DNA of 32,000 nt from Hydrogenibacillus schlegelii. GTDB lineage: Bacteria > Bacillota > Bacilli > Thermicanales > DSM-22653. A program made the position numbers and the translations under genes. The stretch spans positions 14,592-46,591 of the forward strand of contig NZ_JXBB01000006.1 in the NCBI RefSeq assembly GCF_001653195.1. Reading direction: 5' to 3'. Below the pieces are notes generated by a model that was not told where the DNA came from, ran no database searches, and saw only the letters and a program-made list of their open reading frames with translations. This document shows, in pieces, positions 24,270 to 32,000 of the stretch (the first letter of the stretch is position 1; each line of letters starts with the position of its first letter).

Positions 24270-24329
24270 AGAAGGGGTAGGTTTCTCTTGAAAAGAATGG
24301 AGAATGAAGAAAGGGAAGGGAGACCGAAG

Positions 24330-25190
24330 ATGGATCGGGACCGCAAGACAGAAACGCCGGCCGCGCTTCGTCGTCTGGGGCGCAGGCTTCTTCCGCTCTT
24401 TTTTCTCGTCGCCTTCGGCGCGGGTCTGGCGGCGTGCGGCGGCGGTTCTCAGGGGGGAGGCGCCGCGGGCGGCGGTGCGTCGTCCGAGGGGCCGGCGGCC
24501 GGCGGCGAGAAGACGATCCTCGTCGTCGGAAGCGACGCCGCTTATGCGCCTTTTGAGTACGTGAACGAAAAGGGCGAGATCGTCGGCTGGGACATCGACC
24601 TCATCCACAAGCTGGGGGAGCTCGGCGGCTTTCAGGTGGAGATCCGGAACCTTCCCTGGGATTCCCTTTTCCAGGAAGTGAAAAACGGCGGCGTCGACGC
24701 GGCCATCTCCGCCATCACGATCACCGACGACCGGAAGCTCACCTACGACTTCAGCGATCCGTACTACGTCGCCCACCAGCTCGTCCTCGTCCCCGAAGAT
24801 TCGCCGATCCAGACGCTTGAAGATCTCAAGACGAAAGCCCGCTACGTCGGCGTGCAAAACGCGACGACCGGCCACATCGTCGCGCAAAATCTCCTCGGCA
24901 AGACGAGCCCGAAGATCAAAGCGTACGAGTCGACGCCGCTTGCGATCCAGGACATGCTCGGCGGCAACACCGACGCCGTCATCGCCGACAACGCCGTCGT
25001 CATCGAATACGTGAAAAACAACCCGAAGGCGAAGCTTCGCTACTTCGACGATCCGTCCTTTGAAAAAGAGTATTACGGCATCATGGTCAAAAAAGGGAAC
25101 GCCGAGGTGCTCGATCGGATCAACGCCGCGCTGAAAAAGGCGAAAGAAGAAGGCGTGATTCGGGAGATCTTTGGAGCGGACGTCGAATGA
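24330..25190 (+). CDS. polar amino-acid ABC transporter substrate-binding lipoprotein (GlnH/ArtJ-like)
   Basis: Signal peptide with lipobox LAAC, followed by a Gly-rich linker. PBP type-2 body (ILVVGSDAAYAPFEYVNEKGEIVGWDIDL..., ITDDRK, DAVIADNAV). ATG 24297 is an alternative start. Confidence 0.88.
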   Translation: MDRDRKTETPAALRRLGRRLLPLFFLVAFGAGLAACGGGSQGGGAAGGGASSEGPAAGGEKTILVVGSDAAYAPFEYVNEKGEIVGWDIDLIHKLGELGGFQVEIRNLPWDSLFQEVKNGGVDAAISAITITDDRKLTYDFSDPYYVAHQLVLVPEDSPIQTLEDLKTKARYVGVQNATTGHIVAQNLLGKTSPKIKAYESTPLAIQDMLGGNTDAVIADNAVVIEYVKNNPKAKLRYFDDPSFEKEYYGIMVKKGNAEVLDRINAALKKAKEEGVIREIFGADVE

Positions 25191-25225
25191 GATCGCGCCG
25201 CCGGCACGGGTGAGGGGGACGGACG

Positions 25226-25906
25226 GTGCTCGACCTTCTGGATTTTCGCCCGGAGATCATCTGGAATTACCGGGAACTCTTTATCCGCGGCGTCTACTAC
25301 ACGTTCATTCTCTCCGTCGCCGGCGTGGCCATCGGGCTCGTCATCGGCCTGTTCGCCGGGATGGCCAAGCTCTCCCGGCGGGCGTGGCTCCGGGTTCCGG
25401 CGGTCGTCTACATCGAATTTTTCCGCGGCACGCCGCTTTTCGTCCAGATTCTCCTCATACACTTTGCCGTCCTTCCGACCCTTCTCGGCAAGGCCCAAAG
25501 CCCCATCGTCTCCGGCATCGTCGCCCTCGCCGTCAACTCCGGCGCCTACATCGCGGAAATCTTCCGGGCCGGCATCCAGTCCATCGCCCGCGGACAGATG
25601 GAGGCCGCCCGCTCCCTGGGCTTAAGCCACGCCCAGGCGATGCGCTACGTCATCCTGCCGCAGGCGCTCCGGCGGATGATCCCGCCCCTGGGGAACGAAT
25701 TTCTCATCGTCCTCAAAGACTCGTCCCTCCTTTCGGCCATCGCCGTTCCGGAGCTTGCGAACGCCGGTCGAATCGTCAACGGCGCGCTGCAGCGGCCGTG
25801 GGAGGCCTTTCTGACGGTGCTCGTCCTCTACCTCATTCTGTCTCTCGTCTTGAGCGCCCTCATCCACCGCCTCGAAGGCCGCCTTTCGGCGGGCCGAAGC
25901 GGCTGA
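25226..25906 (+). CDS. polar amino-acid ABC transporter permease (His/Glu/Gln/Arg/opine family)
   Basis: EAA loop [35 protein letters not shown], with [11 protein letters not shown] upstream. GTG start preceded by GAGGGGGA. Confidence 0.92.
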   Translation: MLDLLDFRPEIIWNYRELFIRGVYYTFILSVAGVAIGLVIGLFAGMAKLSRRAWLRVPAVVYIEFFRGTPLFVQILLIHFAVLPTLLGKAQSPIVSGIVALAVNSGAYIAEIFRAGIQSIARGQMEAARSLGLSHAQAMRYVILPQALRRMIPPLGNEFLIVLKDSSLLSAIAVPELANAGRIVNGALQRPWEAFLTVLVLYLILSLVLSALIHRLEGRLSAGRSG

Positions 25907-26087
25907 GGCCGGAGGCGACGGGCCGGGATGCACCGGCGTGAAACGCGGCGGCGGGAAGCGTTGGCGTGTAAGCAGGCGGCGGTCGGAAGCGCTTCGGTTC
26001 GCCGGCGTCCGGGGCCAAAGGCGGCGTCGCCGGTGCCCGACCGTTTTCGGTGAAGCGGTCACGGCGAGCAGGGAGGTTACGCGATCG

Positions 26088-26858
26088 ATGCTGGAGAAAC
26101 GATCGGCGCCCGAGACGCATGAGCCCGCAGCGCCCCTCATCTCCGTCCGGGGCGTGAGCAAATCCTTCGGGACAAACCGCGTGCTGAAGAAGATCGATCT
26201 CGACGTCTACCCGCAGGAAGTCGTCGTCATCATCGGTCCTTCGGGATCGGGGAAAAGCACGCTCCTTCGGTGCCTGAACCTCCTCGAGACGGTCGACGAG
26301 GGGGAGATCGTCGTCGACGGCGTCCGCCTCACCGACCCGAAGACGGACGTCGACGCCGTCCGGCGGGAGCTCGGGATGGTCTTTCAGCACTTTCACCTGT
26401 TCCCGCACATGACGGTGCTGGAAAACCTCATCCTCGCGCCGATGAAAGTCCGGCGGCGGCCGCGGGACGCCGCCGTCGCCGACGCCCGGGAACTGCTCCG
26501 GAAGGTCGGCCTCGCCGACAAGGAGGACGCCTATCCCGACGCCCTCTCCGGCGGGCAGCAGCAGCGGGTCGCGATCGCCCGGGCGCTCATGATGAAGCCG
26601 AAGGCGATGCTGTTCGACGAGCCGACGAGCGCCCTCGATCCGGAGATGGTCAAGGAAGTGCTGGACGTGATGAAGTCCCTGGCGCGGGAGGGGATGACGA
26701 TGGTCGTCGTCACCCACGAGATGGGCTTTGCCCGGGAGGTCGGCGACCGGGTCGTCTTCATGGACCAGGGGGAAATCGTCGAGGTCGGGACGCCGGAGGC
26801 GATCTTTTCTCGGCCGCAAAACCCGCGGACGCAGACGTTTTTGAGCAAGATCCTTTAA
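26088..26858 (+). CDS. polar amino-acid ABC transporter ATP-binding protein (GlnQ-like)
   Basis: Start at ATG 26088 (GGGAGG upstream); the longer track ORF N-terminus is Arg-rich junk. Walker [10 protein letters not shown], signature [15 protein letters not shown], Walker [12 protein letters not shown], then [12 protein letters not shown]. Confidence 0.93.
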   Translation: MLEKRSAPETHEPAAPLISVRGVSKSFGTNRVLKKIDLDVYPQEVVVIIGPSGSGKSTLLRCLNLLETVDEGEIVVDGVRLTDPKTDVDAVRRELGMVFQHFHLFPHMTVLENLILAPMKVRRRPRDAAVADARELLRKVGLADKEDAYPDALSGGQQQRVAIARALMMKPKAMLFDEPTSALDPEMVKEVLDVMKSLAREGMTMVVVTHEMGFAREVGDRVVFMDQGEIVEVGTPEAIFSRPQNPRTQTFLSKIL

Positions 26859-27009
26859 GCGGCGGACGTTGGCGCCCCGGTCTTCAACCGCTCCGGGCGT
26901 CGGGCTTTTCGACGGATCCGCAACCTCCCGTTTTGATCGCGCTGCGCTTCAGGAGCCGTTCGCTCGCAAGATGAGAAGCCGTCCGGTCCCCGGGCCGGGC
27001 GGTATTTTC

Positions 27010-27038
27010 TTGCAGAAAAAAGGAATTCATGGTAATAT
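27010..27038 (+). promoter_or_regulatory. sigma-A promoter of the WYL regulator gene
   Basis: TTGCAG (27010-27015), 17-nt spacer, TAATAT (27033-27038). It lies in a locally AT-rich patch 34 nt upstream of the GTG start. Confidence 0.55.
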
Positions 27039-27071
27039 CAAAGCGAGTATCGTCGAAAGAAAGGAAATCTC

Positions 27072-28118
27072 GTGGCGATGAGGACGCGACGGAGCCAGCG
27101 GTACCGGCTGCTTCGCCTGCTCATGCTGCTTCGGACGGGTCGCGCGCCGTCCGCCCGCCAGCTCGCCGATATGCTCGAGATCTCCCTTCGGACGGTCCGC
27201 CGGGACCTCGATGAACTGCGGGACGACTGGGGAGCCCCGATCGAGTTCGACCGCCGCCGGGGAGGTTACGTCCTCACGGACCCGAACTGGCAGCCGCCGA
27301 TCGGTCCCTTTACGGAGCTTCGCCTTTCGGCCGGGGAGGCGGTGGCGCTCCTTCTGGCCCACACGGCTTTTGAAGCGATGCGGGGAACCGGCCTCGAGGA
27401 CGCCTTTCGCTCTCTCGTCGCCAAGCTGCCGGCGTGGCTTCCGGAGTCGGTGAGCGTCAATCCGGAGGAGCTTCGCGCCATGTTTTCCTTTGCCTTTGAA
27501 CCTCTGCGGGGGGATGCGCGCGAGGTGGCCGAGCGGCTTCATGCGCTGCGCCAGGCGATCGACGGCCGGCGCCGCATCGTGCTCGAGTACGCCTCGGCCT
27601 CCCGCGGCGAGGTGACCCGTCGGGAGGTCGAGCCGTACCATCTCCGTTACTTCGACGGCGCCTGGTACGTCGTCGGCTTTTGTCGCCTAAGGCAGGATCT
27701 CCGGATCTTTGCCGTCGACCGGATTCGCGCCATCGAACCGACCGGGCGGACGTTCGCCCCGCCGGATCCGGAGCGGTTTTCCCCGGAAACGTACTTTGCG
27801 GCCACCTGGCGCCTCGAACGAGGCGAGAAGATGGTGCGGGTCGCCGTCCGCTTTACGCCGGAGCAGGCCCGCTACATGCGCGGTCGGAGGTGGCACCCGT
27901 CCCAGGAGGCCGTCGAAGAGCCCGACGGGTCGCTCGTTCTTCTCTTTCGCGTCCTCGGCCTCGAGGAGATCAAGCGATGGATCATGCAGTTCGGCGCCGC
28001 CGCCGAGGTGCTCGAACCGCCGGAACTTCGCGACAAAATCGTCGCCGAAGCCGAGAAAATAATTGCACGATCCAGAGTGTCACGTTCTGTCACCCTGGAT
28101 GGGGTAAAAAAGGGGTAA
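27072..28118 (+). CDS. WYL-domain transcriptional regulator (HTH-WYL-WCX, YafY/BrxR/CapW-like)
   Basis: N-terminal winged HTH (RLLRLLMLLRTGRAPSARQLADMLEISLRTVRRDLDEL). WYL domain VEPYHLRYFDGAWYVVGFCRLRQDLRIFAVDRI (~27627-27740). C-terminal extension ends ...IMQFGAAAEVLEPPELR. Confidence 0.88.
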   Translation: MAMRTRRSQRYRLLRLLMLLRTGRAPSARQLADMLEISLRTVRRDLDELRDDWGAPIEFDRRRGGYVLTDPNWQPPIGPFTELRLSAGEAVALLLAHTAFEAMRGTGLEDAFRSLVAKLPAWLPESVSVNPEELRAMFSFAFEPLRGDAREVAERLHALRQAIDGRRRIVLEYASASRGEVTRREVEPYHLRYFDGAWYVVGFCRLRQDLRIFAVDRIRAIEPTGRTFAPPDPERFSPETYFAATWRLERGEKMVRVAVRFTPEQARYMRGRRWHPSQEAVEEPDGSLVLLFRVLGLEEIKRWIMQFGAAAEVLEPPELRDKIVAEAEKIIARSRVSRSVTLDGVKKG

Positions 28119-28307
28119 GCTGGCCTCGGTGTTCCGGCCCTCGGGGGGAGGGTTCCGGATCGTCGGCCCGCGGACCGTCGATCGAGGCGGGCGAGGCGGT
28201 GGACATGTCGGACCGATCCTGGTCGCGCTTCGGCGTGGACCGGGCATCGAGCGGTTCGACGCCCGGAGGGTCCTGGGGGATTGGCCGCAAAAGGGGGAGA
28301 GCCTTCG

Positions 28308-29900
28308 ATGGCGAGGCGGCAGAAGGAGCCGTCCGTGCCGACGGCGACGTTTCATCTGTCAGCGCCGAGCGGGCATTTTTGGATCGATCTCGGGCTTGCG
28401 GTCCTCCATGCGGAGCTCGGCCCGGGGCCGCATCCCGTCGATGCGGTGCTGGCGTGGTTGACCGACCGGTACGTTCAGCCGACCGGCAATACGGGAGAGT
28501 ACTACGATCGTTCGACCGAAAGCCTTCGTTCGTATCCGAAGAAAAATTGGGTGTATCCGCTTAACTTTTTTATTAAAGTAACGCCGGATTCGGGGGAAAA
28601 GGTCAAGCGCCTGATCAACGGACAAGAGAAAGCCTACCCCACCCAGCCGCCGGTTTACCGGCTTGAGCTCAAATTCAGCGCCCGACCGGGGCGATGTACC
28701 GTCTGCGGGGCCGAGGCACCGACGACGCAGGCGGGGATGTGGGTCTTTCCGTTCGCCGTCGCTCCGAACAACTTCGGCAATTTTTATTCGATGACCAAGC
28801 AGGGGATCGACCTCTGTTCCCGCTGCGCCCTCGCCGGCGCCGCCGGATACCTCGGCTGGCTATGGCGGGCGGCGGGACGAGAATACATGCACTTTTTTAT
28901 CTTTCACGGCGAACTTTCGACGATGAAGGGGCTTTACGAAAACCACATCCGGCCTGCGCAGCTTAAGGCAACCAAAAGCGGCAACGCTTCGATGGCGTTT
29001 TATGGGCCGTATGTCCATGAGTCGACGCTCGGGCTTTTACTCGATCTGTTCGCGCGCCTCCGAGCAAGCGACGGATCGGCCGCGTCGGAAAACGGGGGAA
29101 ATCTAGGGGCGACTCAAGACGGGGGTCTGGCGATCTTGCGGCGCTTCTTTGACGTGGAAGCGACGGTGCCGGTGCCGCTTACGTTGTATGCCATCCATGG
29201 GACGTTCGGACAAGCGCTCGAAATCAAGTCGATCCGGACGTTTTCCCGGCTCGAAGCGCACTACGGCCGGTACGAGCGGTGGTTTGACCGTCTTTCGACG
29301 GTCGGTTTTTCGAGTCCGGGGAGGGTGATCGGCCAGATCTTCAGGCAGTTTGTCCGGGAGCGCCGTCAACCCGGTGGGGATCGGAGTCTGCGTCAGGAGA
29401 CGATCTGGCGGGATCGGGTGGCCCGGGCCGTCCTCACGGAAGAGGATCCTTTCCCGGCCATCGAGCAGTTTCTGTACGAGGAGCGGGCGCGGGATAAGGA
29501 TCGGCGGCCGCTTGTCGCCGGGACGCTCGTTCTTTTCGATCACTACGCCGAGGAGGTTTTACGGATGAACCCGTCATTTTTAAAGATGCTGTCCGGCTTT
29601 GGCTATTCGCTGGGGAAGAAGGCCTTTGAGGAAAAAGAGATGGGCGTTCTGTACATGATGCGAAATGCAAAAAACATCCAGGAGTTTTATCGCGTCCTTA
29701 ATGACATTCAGTTCCGCCTGAAGATGACGGTGCCCGAAGCGCTTCTCATGTTCGAAGCCGGCGATCGGATCGCCGGCGTGCCCTGGATTCGCCTCAAAAC
29801 GATGCTCGCCATCTACGCGATGAACGCCTATCTTCGGGCAGAAAATGGCGGCAAAGAAGAAGAGACAGAAGGAGAAGCGCTGGACCGCTCGGTTTCGTAA
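28308..29900 (+). CDS. cas8b: type I CRISPR-Cas large subunit, Cas8 of the CXXC-CXXC (Cst1/Cas8a1/Cas8b-like) kind
   Basis: It sits immediately 5' of cas7-cas5-cas3. Two CXXC pairs (CTVC 28695-28706, CSRC 28815-28826) are ~40 aa apart, as in the cas_CXXC_CXXC region described for divergent large subunits. Start ATG 28308 with AAGGGGG upstream. Assignment rests on context and motif, not a search. Confidence 0.65.
   Translation: MARRQKEPSVPTATFHLSAPSGHFWIDLGLAVLHAELGPGPHPVDAVLAWLTDRYVQPTGNTGEYYDRSTESLRSYPKKNWVYPLNFFIKVTPDSGEKVKRLINGQEKAYPTQPPVYRLELKFSARPGRCTVCGAEAPTTQAGMWVFPFAVAPNNFGNFYSMTKQGIDLCSRCALAGAAGYLGWLWRAAGREYMHFFIFHGELSTMKGLYENHIRPAQLKATKSGNASMAFYGPYVHESTLGLLLDLFARLRASDGSAASENGGNLGATQDGGLAILRRFFDVEATVPVPLTLYAIHGTFGQALEIKSIRTFSRLEAHYGRYERWFDRLSTVGFSSPGRVIGQIFRQFVRERRQPGGDRSLRQETIWRDRVARAVLTEEDPFPAIEQFLYEERARDKDRRPLVAGTLVLFDHYAEEVLRMNPSFLKMLSGFGYSLGKKAFEEKEMGVLYMMRNAKNIQEFYRVLNDIQFRLKMTVPEALLMFEAGDRIAGVPWIRLKTMLAIYAMNAYLRAENGGKEEETEGEALDRSVS
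29565..29900 (+). CDS. cas11: candidate internally translated small subunit (Cas11-like, 111 aa) nested in-frame in the cas8 3' end
   Basis: A consensus GAGGAGG (29550-29556) sits 8 nt before the in-frame ATG 29565. The product (MNPSFLKMLSGFGYSLGKKAFEEKEMGVLYMMRNAKNIQEFYRVLNDIQFRL...) looks helical and is of Cas11 size. Confidence 0.4.
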   Translation: MNPSFLKMLSGFGYSLGKKAFEEKEMGVLYMMRNAKNIQEFYRVLNDIQFRLKMTVPEALLMFEAGDRIAGVPWIRLKTMLAIYAMNAYLRAENGGKEEETEGEALDRSVS

Positions 29901-29968
29901 AAGGATCCGAGATCGCCGATCCAGAATGCATTATAGAATCAATAATTCAAAGCAAGGAGGCGTCATTC

Positions 29969-30907
29969 ATGGTTAAAGCCATGGCCATCGGGTATCTGAG
30001 CAAAGTGTCCGCCGGCAATGTGAACGCGGCGCATACGGAAGGAAACGTCGTGGTCGCCAAAAAAGTGACGCTTCCGGATGGAAGCGCCTTGCCTTACATC
30101 TCGGGACAGGCGATCCGCCGCATGTTCCGCGATCGCCTGGCGGATTTGGGCTTTTCGCTGTCGGAGCCGTTCGCCAAGGTGGACGGGCAGGAAGTCACGC
30201 CGCCGGGACGGCCGTGGGAGTTCATCGACGAAGACCTTTTCGGTTATCTCGATGCCTCCGGGTCGAAGCGGCGCACTTCGCCGGTTCGCGTATCGGCGGC
30301 GATCGGTCTTTACCCCTATCAGGGCGATCGCGACCTCGGGACCCGCTCTTTTGAAAAGTTCAATCAGTCGATGGATGCGGGCGGCAATATGTTTGAGACC
30401 GAAGTGTACACCAACGTCTTTCGCGGTTCGGTCCTCATCGAGCTCGATCGCGTCGGCGTCTTTACCGCGCGAGAGCTCGGCGAAAAGTCAGAAGCAGGAT
30501 CGCGTACCCTCGATAGTGTAGAACGGGAAAAGCGGTTGCACGCGCTTTTGGATGCGCTCGGTCTTCTCTGGGGCGGCGGGCGATCGGCGCGGATGCTGGC
30601 GGATCTTTCGCCGAAGTTTGTCGCGCTCACGTTTCTCAGCGTCAAGCACCCGGTCTTTCTTGAGGCGCTTATGGCCCGATACGAAAACGGAGCGATCACC
30701 CTTGATCTTGATCCGCTGAAAGCGGCCCTCGACCGGTTTAAACCCTATCAGGTAAAAACGTTCTTCGGGATGGATGCTGGATTTTTGGCAAACGAAGAGG
30801 ATGTAAAGCGCGCTCTTGGGGCCTATGGGGAGGTTGGGGAGGTTCATGAAGCGATCCGCCGGGCCAAAGACGAGGTGACGGCGCTGTGGTGCGGGCCCTC
30901 CGCCTGA
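29969..30907 (+). CDS. cas7: type I Cas7 backbone subunit (DevR/Cst2/Csa2 family)
   Basis: AAGGAGG lies 9 nt upstream. Family-typical blocks: SAGNVNAAHTEGN, LPYISGQAIRRMFRDRL, IDEDLFGYL, RTSPVRVSAAIGL, MFETEVYTNVFRGSVLIELDRVG. Confidence 0.8.
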   Translation: MVKAMAIGYLSKVSAGNVNAAHTEGNVVVAKKVTLPDGSALPYISGQAIRRMFRDRLADLGFSLSEPFAKVDGQEVTPPGRPWEFIDEDLFGYLDASGSKRRTSPVRVSAAIGLYPYQGDRDLGTRSFEKFNQSMDAGGNMFETEVYTNVFRGSVLIELDRVGVFTARELGEKSEAGSRTLDSVEREKRLHALLDALGLLWGGGRSARMLADLSPKFVALTFLSVKHPVFLEALMARYENGAITLDLDPLKAALDRFKPYQVKTFFGMDAGFLANEEDVKRALGAYGEVGEVHEAIRRAKDEVTALWCGPSA

Positions 30908-31644
30908 CGCTCAGGGCGCCCTTCGCCTCGTTCCGAAGGCCGCTCGATATCAATTATCAACGGACGTTTCCTCTCCCTCCGCCGACGACGATTTTCGGCC
31001 TCATCGGGGCGGCCCTCGGGCTTTCAGAGCATGAGCTGTGGCGGCCGGACGGACCGGCTTCGAAGCTCAAGATCGCCGTCTGGAGCGAAACACAGCCGGG
31101 GCGCGGCGAAGATGTTTGGACGCTCCTTAAGATCAACAAGGGGAAAATGCAGCGTTCGCCCTATTTGCGGGAAATCCTCTTTGGCGTCCGGTATACGGTG
31201 CTCATCGGAGAAGCGGAAGCGGCTTTGCGAAAGGACGCTTCAGTCTCAGGTTCGGAGGAACCTTCGCACTCAGGGATTCTTCAGCAACTGGCCAAAGCGT
31301 TTGACGATCCGATCTACCCCCTTTCGCTCGGTCGGGAAGATGAGCTGGCGGAAGTGGAGGCGGTTGCTTTTGAGACGGTCGAAGCGGGGGAGCCCCGCTT
31401 TCACGGGACCGTGCTCCCCTTCGACGTGCGTAAATACCATCTGCGACCGATGCTCGCGGCGGGCGCCCGTCTGATGCCGCCGATCGTCGAGCCGGTTCCG
31501 CTTCGGTTTTCGGTCGATCCGCGCGGGGTCCGCAAGTCCGATCGCCTGAGGGTGATGAGCTTTCTCGCGTATGGGGTCATGGTTGAAATTCCGGAAGCCT
31601 CGGCGTGGCGCTGCTGCGGGAGGAATTTCGCATGGCTGAACTGA
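30886..31644 (+). CDS. cas5: type I Cas5 subunit
   Basis: The N-terminus LRLTLRAPFASFRRPLDINYQRTFPLPPPTTIFGLIGAALGL is the hallmark Cas5 glycine-rich-loop region. LSLGREDELAEVE occurs later. GTG start with GAGGTGA upstream; 22-nt overlap with cas7. Confidence 0.85.
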   Translation: MVRALRLTLRAPFASFRRPLDINYQRTFPLPPPTTIFGLIGAALGLSEHELWRPDGPASKLKIAVWSETQPGRGEDVWTLLKINKGKMQRSPYLREILFGVRYTVLIGEAEAALRKDASVSGSEEPSHSGILQQLAKAFDDPIYPLSLGREDELAEVEAVAFETVEAGEPRFHGTVLPFDVRKYHLRPMLAAGARLMPPIVEPVPLRFSVDPRGVRKSDRLRVMSFLAYGVMVEIPEASAWRCCGRNFAWLN

Positions 31645-32000
31645 GCCGGGCCGACAGGCCGGACGATCGGGAGGCTCCCCCGCCCTCCTTTGATCAAGGG
31701 GATAAACCGGCCGCTTTTTCGGCCGATCCCTGCGGCGGCCTTTTCGCCAAGCCGGACGTTACGCTTTTGGACCATCTCACGGCGGTCCTCGAACTCGGGG
31801 AACGGCTGGTAGAGCGGCATTTTGATCAATCACCGCTGCTTGCGCTTCGGGCCCTGATGGCGTGTGCTTTGCACGATATCGGCAAGGCGACGGTTGATTT
31901 TCAAGCAAAGATGTGCCGCCTTCGACAGGGCATCGCCGCCGGACGCGGCCAGACTTTTCCTCATGCGCTTGCCGCCTTGCCTTTTGTGCTGGCGGCCGAA
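31632..32000 (+). CDS. cas3: Cas3 nuclease-helicase, N-terminal HD domain only (truncated by window end)
   Basis: Not in the ORF track because there is no stop in the window. I translated it by hand from ATG 31632 (GGGAGGA 7 nt upstream, 13-nt overlap with cas5). That gives 123 codons with no stop. HD-domain landmarks: TLLDHLTAV, ALHDIGKATVDFQ (HD at 31872-31877), FPHALAALPF. Confidence 0.8.
   Translation, partial: MAELSRADRPDDREAPPPSFDQGDKPAAFSADPCGGLFAKPDVTLLDHLTAVLELGERLVERHFDQSPLLALRALMACALHDIGKATVDFQAKMCRLRQGIAAGRGQTFPHALAALPFVLAAE

Noticed and set aside
28129-28461. 110-aa ORF and others in the WYL-cas8 spacer as a candidate cas6 or small cas gene
   Set aside because: The product is Arg/Gly-rich junk. 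It overlaps the better-supported cas8 start and shows no RAMP/Cas6 glycine-rich motif.

Overview
This is a very GC-rich chromosomal segment that looks Bacillales-like: it has a type-B RNase P RNA and YqgQ, UgtP, PlsY and Med/BMP-type genes. All calls come from reading the sequence and the ORF track; no searches were run.

Layout, left to right:
- A translationally coupled BMP-family binding protein / CHASE3-HAMP histidine kinase / CheY-like regulator / YqgQ block.
- A PDO-like disulfide oxidoreductase on the minus strand.
- M42 peptidase, uracil-DNA glycosylase and an inositol-monophosphatase-family gene.
- An eight-tRNA operon that runs straight into rnpB.
- ugtP-like and plsY genes, then an orphan Hpt protein.
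- A PDZ-less S1C protease (minus strand) and a REC-Fis response regulator.
- A Cof-type HAD hydrolase, then an unrecognised protein with charged tails.
- A heterodimeric ABC exporter pair with one degenerate ATP site.
- A 2-hydroxyacid dehydrogenase and aconitase.
- A polar amino-acid ABC importer.
- At the 3' edge, a WYL-domain regulator followed by a tightly coupled type I CRISPR-Cas interference cassette: CXXC-CXXC Cas8, DevR/Cst2-type Cas7, Cas5, and an HD-Cas3 truncated by the window end.

The cas cassette is the most interesting part. No cas6 or CRISPR array is in view. It has a strong in-frame internal ribosome-binding site consistent with a hidden Cas11, and a repeated motif in its promoter-less GC-rich leader.

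Many long ORFs in the six-frame track are high-GC shadow frames and were rejected.
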